Positions 53,371 through 64,000 of a DNA stretch of 64,000 nt are shown here, in pieces. Made by a program: the position numbers and the translations under genes. Source of the DNA: Octopus bimaculoides. Lineage: Eukaryota. The stretch covers positions 64,817,162-64,881,161 of the forward strand of contig NC_068987.1 in the NCBI RefSeq assembly GCF_001194135.2, read 5' to 3'. The notes beneath the pieces were generated by a model. The model saw only the letters and a list, made by a program, of their open reading frames with translations, made no database searches and was not told the DNA's origin. Numbering within the stretch: position 1 is the first letter of the stretch; each line of letters starts with the position of its first letter.

Positions 53371-56300
53371 TTTGTAGTATGTCCTCTCCTCAACTCATAC
53401 ATATTCTTTTCTACTCTAGGCACAAGGCCCAATATTTTTGGGGAAGGAGTCAGTTGATTAGATTGACTCCAGTACACAACTGGTATTTAATTTATCGACC
53501 CCGAAAGGATGAAAGGCAAAGTCGACCATGGCGGAATTTGAACTCAGAACGTAAAGACAAACGTAATACCACTCAGCATTTCGCTTGGCGTGTTAATGTT
53601 TCTACTAGCTCGCTGCCTTACATATTGATGTAATAATAAGAATTTGCTTGGTTTCTCCTGCTGCTTTATTTATTTCTTTTCATTCCTCAATGAGTCAGGC
53701 AGCCATCTCGGTAATCCATATATTCTGTTTTTGAATTATTTCCTAAACTCTGTCTCCTGTCTGGTGGTTTTTGTATTAAAAAAAAATTATTCAAAATCTG
53801 AGAACAACTTTTTGTTGACTTCTAAATTCATTTCATTTGTCTGGTTGTATATAAGAGCAATTTTGTTATTGTTGCTGTTGTGAGTTGCGGATTGGCAGAA
53901 TCGTTAGAGTGTCTGGCAAAATGTTCCAGTTCTGAGTTCAAATATCAGTGAAGTCAACCTTGCCTTTCATCTTTTCAGGTTGATAAAATAAAGTACCAGT
54001 CAAGTACTGAGGTCTGTGGCATGGACAAACCTCCTCCCTTCAACATTGCTTGCCTTATGTCTAAATCACAAACAATGGCAGCAAGCTGGCAGAGTTGTTA
54101 GAGCTTCAGGAAAAAGGCTTTGTGGTATTTGTTCCAACCCTTTACATTCTGGGTTCAGATCCTACCAAGGTCAACTTTACCTTTCATCTCTCTGTACCAG
54201 TCAAGTATTGGTACCCGTAGTATCAACTAATCCTCTACCCTCAAAATTTCAGGCCTTGTGCCTATAGTAGAAAGGATTATTGTTATTATTATTATTATTA
54301 TTAGGGTTGTGAGCTGGCAGAAGCATTAGAATGCTGGACAAAATGCTTAGCGGCATTTCGTCTGTCTTTATGTTCTGAGTTCAGATTCTGTCAAGGTTGA
54401 CTTTGCCTTTCATCCCTTCAGAGTTAGTTAAATAAGTACCAGTTGAGCACTGGGGTCAGTGTAATTGACTAACTCCTTTCCCCAAAATTTCAGGCCTTGT
54501 GCCTATAGCAGAAAGGATTATTATTATTATTATTGATAAGACAGCAAACTGGCAGAATAGTTAGCATGTGGGACAAAATGCTTAGCAGCAGTTTGTCTGT
54601 CTTTATATTCTGAGTTTGAATTTCGCCAAGGTTGATTTTGCCTGTCATCATTTTGGGGTCAATAAAATAAGTACCAGCTGGGTACTAGGGTCGATGTAAC
54701 TGACTGTCTCTCTACTATAGGCTTTGTGCCGATAGTAAAAAGGATTATTATTATTGTTATTATTGATAAGGTGGTGAGCTGGCAGAATTGATTGCATGCC
54801 AGGTGAAATACTTAGTGGTAATTCATCTGTCACTATGTTCTGAGTTCAAATTCCGCTGATGTCAACTTTGCCTTTCGGGATCAATAAGTTAAGTACCAGT
54901 GAAACACTGGGGTTGTTGTAATCGACTAGTCTCCTCTCTGCAAATAGCTGCCCTTGTGGCAAAATTTGAAACCATTATTATTATTATTGATGTTGTTGAA
55001 GGCAGCAAGCTGGTAGAATTGTTAACATGCTAGGCGAAATGCTTAGTGGTATTTCATCTGTCGCTACATTCTGAGTTCAAATTCTGCCGAGGTCAACTTT
55101 GCCTTTCATCATTTTGGGGTCAATAAATTAAGTACCAGTTGAGTACTGGGGTTGATGTAATCGACAATCCCCCCTCCACTCCAAGTTCAGGCCTTGTGCC
55201 TATAGTAGAAAGGATTATTGATGTTGTTATTGCAGGGCAGTGGATTCACAGAATCATTAGAGGGTTGGACAAATAAACTTGTGAATTTTAGTTACAGACT
55301 TTTACATTCTAACTTCCAATCCCACTGATGTCTTCCGAAGGTTGATAAAATAAGTACGAGTTAAGTACTGGTACTGATTTGATCATCTTTCAACTAACTC
55401 TGCACACTCGCAACTTTATGGCCTTGTGCCTATACTAGAAATCATCATTATCATTACTATTATATGCATTCTCATTTGTATGGTAGGACACAGCAAATGA
55501 TTGCATTTCAGGACAAATTGATACTAACATTCTTGTGTACCTATATGCCAATATATTTTGTACTGATATAACCTGGTCTTTTTTACCTTAGATCTTTACT
55601 CTTCGAAATAATGCTAGTTGTTTCTAACAAAGTACATTTTATTATTGTTTTTATTTGTTTTCTTTGTTAAAAAGATTTTGTCTTCTAAGTATCCGTTTAA
55701 GTTAACAACCCATCTAAATCTGTTACAGATTTTTCTAAGAGATCCTATATAATTACTGGTATTGCATCTGTCTTCTTTACAGACTATATTATTACAATTT
55801 TTACGATTGAGATCCTGATATTTTACATTTTCTGTTTGCTTGTTTTTGAATTATTATTATTATTATTATTGAGCTGGCAGAATCGTTAGCATACTGGATG
55901 AGATGCTTAGTAGCATTTTTCCAGCTCTTTACATTCTAAGTTCAAATCCCACTGAGGTCAGCTTTGCCTTTCATCCATTCAAGGTTGATAAAATAAAATA
56001 CCAGTCAAGTACTGGGGTTGATGTAATCAACTTGGCTCCTCCCTTAAAAATTTCTGGCCTTGTACAAAATTTGAAACCATTTATTATTATTATCATCATC
56101 ATCATTATTATTATTATTATTATTATCATCATTATTATTAAGACAGCAAGCTGGCAGAATCGTTAGCACACTGGACAAAATGCTTAGAAGCATTTCGTCC
56201 GTCTTTATGTTCTGAGTTCAAATACCACTGAGGTTGACTTTGCCTTTCATCCTTATGGGGTTGATGAAATAAGTACCAGATGAATACTGGGTTTGATGTA

Positions 56301-56649
56301 ATCGACTAGCCCTTCCAGCAAAATTTCAGGCCTTGTGCCTATAATAGAAAGTATTATTATTATTATTGTAATCAACGTAACCCCTCCCCAGAAATTGCTG
56401 TCCTTGTGTCAAAATTTGAAACCATTATTATTATTATTATTATTATTACAGTCACTAACATTCTTTAGGAAGGTATGAATGTCTCTTACTCACATCCATG
56501 TTCTTCCTCAAAAAATTTTAGGCTGTGTGCCTATGTCAGAAACAAGTGATTATTGATCCACTTTTTGCCCACAATAAATATGCAATGTGAACAATATAAA
56601 CAGAGCCAGGTCACTTTGTTACTGATTGGCCTATGTATTAATTCTCTGT

Positions 56650-56776
56650 TTCACACAAACACACACACACATGTATACACACACATACACATGTATATAC
56701 ACACATAAATATATATGTGTATGTATAGATATATATGTATACATATGAATATGTATACATACATATATATATCTAT

Positions 56777-56823
<47 letters not shown>

Positions 56824-57245
56824 CACACACACACACATATATATACACACACACACACACACATAAATATACATACATGGAGCCCTCAGTCCAACCATCC
56901 AACCCATACCAGCATGGAAAGTGGACGTTAAACGACGATGATGATGATGATAGTGATATCTATGTATACATATATATAATTATATATATAATATATATAT
57001 ATATGTCTATGTATACATATATATTTATGTATGTATATATAATATATACTTATATGTCTATGTATGCATATATATATATGTCTATGTATACATATATATA
57101 TTCATACACACATACATTTATATATAGACATATATAAACACATATAAACGTATACACAACACATACATATATTTATATATACACACACACATACATGCAC
57201 ACACATATCTATAAATATATATGTTTGTACATATATATGTATATA
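56650..57245. repeat. Compound (CA)n/(TA)n/(TATG)n low-complexity tract
   Basis: Read directly. Similar tracts lie at 16725..16780, 17825..17872, 27140..27230, 48920..49870 (with gap) and 59720..59900. Confidence 0.95.
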
Positions 57246-57587
57246 TAACAGGCTCTCTTTTATTGGACTCAAACTTCATATCCCTTACATTCCAAGTAAC
57301 TGCAACACACATTGCACAAAAGAGAGCCTGTTCTGGTGATTTTTTTTTTCCTATCCTAGATTGGTACTTTCTTTTAAATGTCTTATATGTATATTTAAAA
57401 TATATAACTATTTATTTATAAGTTGTAATTATATATAGTTTTGTCTGTGATGAATTTTGTAAAAAGGCAAAAAAAAAAAATTACAAATGATGAACTTGTA
57501 ATGTCTGTACAGAGATTTTTGTTTTAAATAAATAAAAAAATGATATAATTATAAATAAGTAAGTAAATAAAGTAAATCTAATATGTG

Positions 57588-57631
<44 letters not shown>

Positions 57632-57679
57632 TATAGATATATGCTTGNNNNNNNNNNNNNNNNNNNNNNCTAATATGTG

Positions 57680-57723
<44 letters not shown>

Positions 57724-57943
57724 TATAGATATATGCTTGCATATATATATACATATACATATATATATGTTTGCATATATATGTTTGAATATATATGTAT
57801 AATTATACATATACATATATATATGTTTGCATATATATGTTNNNNNNNNNNCATCACCATGGTTAAAGGGTCATCAAAATATTGATGATGATGATGGTCT
57901 CTCACACACACACTGTTTGGATTTTATGTGATAGAAATGATTC

Positions 57944-58001
57944 TTACATTATTTACATTATTTACATTTGACGTCAAATGTAAATAATGTAAATAATGTA
58001 A
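57944..58001. repeat. Perfect 58-bp palindrome centred on TGACGTCA
   Basis: ttacattatttacattatttacatttgac | gtcaaatgtaaataatgtaaataatgtaa, 29/29 complementary. Confidence 0.9.
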
Positions 58002-58274
58002 ATAATTCCTCATCTCTTAAATATAGAATTGAAATGATTCTTGTCTCAATGTATCAGGTCCCTGTGTCAAATTGTCTGTATTTCTGAGATGAGTTATTGC
58101 AACAGTGAACATGTTTTGGTGCCATATATTTAATATACATATGTAAACATCTTCAGGTGCCATATATTCAGTATATGCATGTAATTTCTCAGTTACAATT
58201 ATGAGACTTAAAAAGAATTCAAACTCTGCAAATTAAAATCAAAATCCGGTATATGCAATTGAGGCAGTATTAAA

Positions 58275-58496
58275 TTAACCCCTTTAGCATTTAAACCGGC
58301 CATATCTGGCCAAAATATTTTACCAGTTTTATGTTCAAACCTACCAGATCCTGCCTTTCACACATACTCTACAATGTCATTCTAAAAATAAACAATCACA
58401 TCATCAAAATCTTGAAGCTATGAAGTAATGCATAATCAATCCAAAACAATGTAAATATATAAGCATTACATTCTGAATGTGATGTTAAAGGGTTAA
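58275..58496. mobile_element. piggyBac-type MITE, same family as 25058..25285
   Basis: ttaacccctttagcatt...gatgttaaagggttaa with TTAA at both ends. Confidence 0.75.
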
Positions 58497-58662
58497 AATA
58501 GCCATCTATGCATTATGCTTAATGTATATACATTGTTGAGAGGCCAGTTATTGCAGTATTTGTCCTGAAGTAACATTTCTTGAGAACCAACACATCCATA
58601 AGAGATGTTAACTCAAGACGAACATCACGGTAACTACCTATTGATAGTATATTACGTCTGCT

Positions 58663-58917
58663 AAGCTCACCATCATCAATTCACCGCAGGAAAATTCACT
58701 ATCATCAATTCACCACAGGAAAAGTTCATAGTCATCAATTCACTGCAAGGAAAGTACACCATCATTAATTCACTGTTTTTTTTTTTTTTTTTCAATAAAA
58801 TAGTTTTTAATTATTAACGGTAAGATACTATGGGTATGTTTTCTCAGTAAACTTTCCTCGCGGTGAACTTTCCTCACTGTAAACTTTCTTCCATGGTGAA
58901 TTGATGGCAGTGAACTT
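58663..58917. mobile_element. Foldback-like element with tandem subterminal repeats
   Basis: Left: four ~28-30-bp units catcaattcacc(g/a)caggaaaa(g)ttca. Right: inverted units gtgaactttcctc... and ggtgaattgatggcagtgaactt. Confidence 0.6.
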
Positions 58918-59848
58918 ATTTGTAATCATAATGTGTATACATTATGATACATAGATGCCTATAAAAGTAAAGATTCTGAGTTGAATTCTAACCAAGGAGT
59001 GCATTTGTTTATAAATATTGGTATACAAAGTCAAAATGTAGTGTAGTGAACAAATATATAAAAGTCAAGGTTAATAGATTGATTTGTTGTGTGTGTATCA
59101 ATTTTGACAGCTGGCATCAAAGACAAGCAGCTGTTATTATAATATATATTAAGGTGGTGAGCTGGCAGACTTGTTAGCATGCTGGACAAAGTGCTTTGTA
59201 GCATTTCGTCTGTCTTTATGTTCTGAGTTCAAATTCTGCCAAAGTTGATTTTTGTCTTTCATCCTTCCTGGATTGATAAAACAAGTACCAGTTGAGTACT
59301 GGGGTTAATGTATTTGACTCACCCCCCTAATCTGAAATTGCTGGCCTTGTGTCAAAATTTGGAACTGTTATTATGTGTGTATGTATATTTATATATATAT
59401 ATATATATATATTTATTTGATCATGTTGTATCAAATGTTCATAGTATTAATGTCTTTTTTTTTTTAATTTGAAAAAACAAAAAAGCAATGAAAGAATAAA
59501 ACAAAACTCAAGATGAATCAGGTACACTTACATCGGTGTTAGACAGAGCATCCAACCATAGAAACTAAACCAAAAAAAAAAAAAAAAAGAAACAAACAAA
59601 AAGGTAAAAGAAAACAAAAGGTATGAATGAAGTTTAGTCCTCTGATCTGTTTAGAAGAGCAGTAACTCTGAATAAGAATTGAGTTCCAATCCATGTCAGC
59701 ATGGGATGTGAATGTAAAATATATATATATATATGCACACATAGTGTGTTGTGTGTGTATATACATACATATATATGTATACACACTGTACATCTGTATA
59801 TATATATATATGTATATTTATGTTTGTGTGTGTGTATACACTGTGTAC

Positions 59849-59894
<46 letters not shown>

Positions 59895-62800
59895 ATATAT
59901 GTATTTGGTTCCCTTAATTTGCTAAAGATTCAAATAGCTTTCCTATAATGTTTTAAAATTAAACTTCTTTTGAAGTTTTCAAAGAAAAAAAAATATCAAG
60001 TTTTTTATTTAATTTAAAGCATCTCACTGCTTTTTATAAAAATAATAATTTTTTTCATATTCTTGAATATATGTTGAGCTGGTGAAGTGACTATGTGGTT
60101 CAAGAATTTGGATTATCAATTCATGGACTGTGAGTTCAAATGCCTTTTAGGACCATTTTAAATTTGTTTATGCAAATATATCATTTTCTTGTTTTTAAGC
60201 ACAAGAAATGGCTGTGTGGTTAGGGAGTTGTTTTCACAACCATGTGGTTCCAAGTTTGATCCTCAAGTGCAGCACCTTAAACAAGTATCTTTTACCATTG
60301 TTCTTGGGTTAATCTATTGCTTGTGAATGGAACTTGGTAGAAGGTCATTAGAACTACATGGTTTGGAGTTCAGTCTCACTGCTTTGGGCTAGTGTTCTTT
60401 ATTATAACCACAAGTTGGTTAATACCGTATGAGTGAAATTGATAGATGGAAACAGAAGGAAACCTGTCATATATATGTACATGTGTGCATGCGTGTATGT
60501 ACATGAGTTTGTAATTACCCTTGTATTCACATGTGTGCTGATTGTAAACAAAAGCCTCATTTTTCATGCAGGTGTCGTTTGTTTGCAGCTCTTTTGTAAC
60601 AAAAGAATATCCAGGTTGTTTGTTGTTCAGTAGGCTGGGAGATTGGCAGGTGAAGGTTAGCATCAGGAAAGGGTTTTCTGTTAGAGAAAACTGCTTCAAC
60701 ATAATCTCATTTGACCCCTGCAAGCATAGAAAAGTAGATGTTAAAAGGATGGTGATGCATGCATTGTGAATAAATTTGGTAGATAACAATAAATTTGGTA
60801 GATAGAAACTGTATGAAGCCTGTTATGTGTACATGTCTGTGAGAATTCTTGTGAAGCATGTTGGATTTACTTCACATGAAAAACTTGGTGAGCTTCAAGT
60901 GGTGAGGTTTGTTGTCAATACCCTGTCAGCAAGTTGTCTGCTAGCTTTGTACTTTCCAAGATGTGTGGAATAAGAAATCTCTTAACTGAAAGGAAGGACA
61001 TCCACTTTTAAAATAAGATATAACTCAAAAATATGTATTCAGCTAACTCATGCTAGCATGGAAAAAAGGGACATAAAAAAGTTCAAGAATAGATTAACAG
61101 TCTATGTGTGTGTGTATTTACCACTGTCTATTGGCAAAGGATATTAACACGTGAGGAAACTGAAGAATTAGTTTTTATTCACCAACCTCTTGACATATTT
61201 GCACTGCATCAAATAGACCATGCTGGTGCTATTGTTCACCAATTACTATAGAGAATTAATAATATACATATACTCTAGCCATATGAAAAGGGTACTTATT
61301 GACTTAATCTAATACCTGGGTTAACACAACTATCTGGCTCTTGGGTGTTGAACATTTTGAGCCAGATCTCAATCTGTGAAAGTCATATTTTCCAGTATAC
61401 AAATCAATGTAGTATAACCATTCCAACATCATCTCTATTTTTCCAAATTCGGCTGAATTTTTGGTCCTCTAAGATCATCTTGAATAGGTTAACTTATACA
61501 TTGTGGTGTATAAGTTGATCTGTCTTGTTTTGCTGTAAATTCTGGTCTGAAAAATTTGACTTGTATGTCAGAAAATATGGAAATTCCTTCCTATCAGTCT
61601 AGGTGGCCTTGGAAATGGTCACGGGTGTTGCCCTTCCTCCTCTGATTAAACCAATTATAAAAGTTGTAGGCTATAATTCCTCTATGATTAACCAAAGAAT
61701 GTCCTTTAGTACAGTATTTAGTTGATTTATTTTAGTCACAAACAACAGAGTTGGGCAGTTACGTAATGCAATTCTTCAAACTATCTCACATCAAATCCTA
61801 AATATATGTAAACAAACTAAAATATTTTTGCATTCTAGTTTTCTTGTTCAAATACATGCAGAAGCCTCTGAGCATTCTCAACTTGCTAGAAAAAACAGTA
61901 AAATTCTTTTCAGATCATACCATATCAACTTAATACAGGAAGGACACATTATCAATTGTGGTCCTAAATATACAAAATGATGGGATAGTTAAGGTTGGAA
62001 TGGTTTTGATCAGGTGTTGGACCTTTTGATACAGCCTTCCCAAGACTGCCCTTGGTTCTATAGTCACAAAATTCAATTTTAAAGTGATCTATATGAAAAC
62101 TCTCAAAATTTCATGTAAATTTATGTTCTAAACACCAGGTTAATAATTATTATAATTATTATTTTATTTAATTTTTTATTTTCAAAATTAATTGAAATAA
62201 AGATATTTTGATAGAAATATGGTAACAAAACAGCTAAACAATACTAAAGTACAAGTTTGAGAGAGGGGTAGGAGAAAGGCTGTATGTATTTGTGTAAGAG
62301 CCATGCAAATGATGCATATATCTTCTGTCTCAAATTACTAGTAGTATTTCATGTGAAACAATTTTTTGTCATAAACTTTCATAAACTTAGTATAATTGTT
62401 GACAGGTGTGATGGCATTGGAAGTAGATAGGATTTGTTTCTGGGCCCAAATAACTCAAAAAACAATTACCATCATTCACACATGAAAATGGTCTTACATC
62501 ATAATCATCATCATCATCATCATCATTTAATGTCTGTTTTCCATGCTGGCATGAGTTGAACAGTTTGAAATCTGAAAGGTTGGAGGACTGTGTTGTGCTC
62601 CAATGTCTGCTTTGGCGTGGTTTCTACAGATCGTGCCCTTCCTAAAAGCAACCGCTTTGCAGAGTGTACAGGTTGCTTTTTTTTTTTTGTGGCACCAGCA
62701 CTAGTGAAGCCACCATGTAGCTTACAAGACTAAGATCTCTCTTTGCCGAGTAGGTCTATGGTAGAGGAGGAGGCAGCTTTATGCAAGCTGATGAAAGACT

Positions 62801-64000
62801 AGAGTATGAAGGAAGAAGCCAGAACAGGTTTTTAATTTAGAGGAAATACATGTGTTGCTAACAATTATTCCTTTAACTGTGAAATTAAACTTTGTGGTTA
62901 TTCCAGAAATGATGTTAAATATCTGAGAAAAAATAGAATTGATATTTTCTGCCTCAATAAACTTGACATATCTCAACAAAAAATAGTTCCGGACATGACA
63001 TATGTCAACAAATGATAGATTGATATATAAAACTGCTTTTCACAGTTTAGGGAAATTAAATTTTGAGTGAATATATCTGATTTCCACAGTAACAGGGGTT
63101 AATCAAATTCAACTGGGCCTCCATCAGAGGCATGTATTTCCTCCTATGTGGCCAACCATTGAACCCTTATCTACTTAAATGTTATTGCACTATATAGGTA
63201 GCACAGTTTATATTTGCAAATTGTTAAAGCATTCTACAAATTAAATGGTTGAGTAGGTATGGTGTTAGACTACCAGGTTATGAATCATGGGTTCAAATAC
63301 ACAGCTGTGCCATGTTTGATATATTGCTACGTTGTTGTGAAGGGTGCAATGAAAATCCATTGTCTTGAGCTATGAGCAATGTTAATGTGGTGGGGAAATG
63401 ATAGATCACATTTTACTTCTTTGATATGTCTGATTGTGTGTGTGTATGTGGATGTGTTTAAAAGATTGTGTATGTGTGGTAAGAAGTTTGCTTCCCAACC
63501 ACATGGTTCCTGGTTTATGTTCGTGGCATGTTGAGCAGGTGTCTGCTACCATAACCCTGGACAATGTGAGTGGATTTGGTAGATGGAAACTGGAAGAAAC
63601 TCAATGTATATATATATGTACACATCTATGTGTGTGTGTATCTGTCAATAAGTACCAGGCTTAAAAAATGTAAGTACTGGGGTCAATTTGTTTGACTAGA
63701 ACTCTTCAAGGCAGTGCCCCAGCATGGCTGTGGTCCAATAACTGAAACAAATAAAAGATATATACATATATATATATATATATATACACCAGGTTGTGTA
63801 TGTGTATATACATATCTATCTATCCATATAAATATATATATATATAAATCCTTTGGAATGTTTTAAGCTTCGTTAGAGATGATCCTAAGAAAACTTGCTC
63901 TATTCCTAAAAGCAATGCTAACTGATAAGTTTTATCAAATATATTTATTGCTAAGTAGTTTATTTCCCAATTAAATATTTGACTTTTCAATATAAATTTT

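Larger units (their letters stand above)
50410..56560 (+). mobile_element. Array of about 20 SINE family A copies separated by (ATT)n/(ATC)n; all + except one at ~53400..53620
   Basis: Units gagctggcagaa...ttctgagttcaaat...ctttgcctttcatc...aagtaccag...ccttgtgcc start at ~50410, 50690, 50930, 51135, 51415, 51900, 52110, 52365, 52615, 53880, 54080, 54305, 54538, 54770, 55000, 55235, 55870 and 56140, plus partial tails. Confidence 0.9.

Noticed and set aside
50410-56560. CRISPR-like repeat/spacer reading of the periodic array
   Set aside because: Units are ~220-bp divergent SINEs with microsatellite spacers in a spliceosomal-intron genome; there are no short identical repeats with unique spacers and no cas genes.
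57578-57740. Duplicated microsatellite block around gap 57648..57669
   Set aside because: Assembly overlap in low-complexity sequence.
58520-58640. Minus-strand open stretch GSYRDVRLELTSLMDVLVLKKCYF as an exon
   Set aside because: Splice signals are weak and the peptide is not recognisable.

Overview
AT-rich, repeat-dense eukaryotic DNA with assembly gaps. The SINE and microsatellite landscape looks like Octopus (inferred from repeat families, not proven). There is one protein-coding gene: spartin (SPART/SPG20) on the + strand, with six coding exons, join(30391..31126,35517..35717,36869..37060,39301..39459,41990..42080,44131..44374). These splice GT-AG in frame to 540 aa: MIT domain, PPSY motif, senescence domain. 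The rest is decayed mobile DNA: pogo, mariner, hAT, piggyBac-type and TGT..ACA MITEs, CR1/L2-group, RTE, CRE-like, R4/Dong-like and Penelope-like retroelements, a gypsy 5' LTR, several SINE families and microsatellites. The most unusual structures are (1) about 20 same-orientation SINEs stacked in (ATT)n tracts over ~6 kb, with an R4/Dong fragment in the same tract; (2) a 387-bp near-palindromic element carrying mirror-image outward CCAAT/TATA cassettes; (3) a partial HDV/CPEB3-like ribozyme fold next to a CRE-like fragment; (4) a minimal hammerhead-like motif; (5) an inverted-repeat element enclosing telomere-like repeats; (6) a CpG-retaining domain at ~5.4-16.3 kb. No CRISPR array, rRNA or true tRNA gene was seen. 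Family assignments are from recalled motifs, not database searches, and repeat boundaries are approximate unless termini are quoted.
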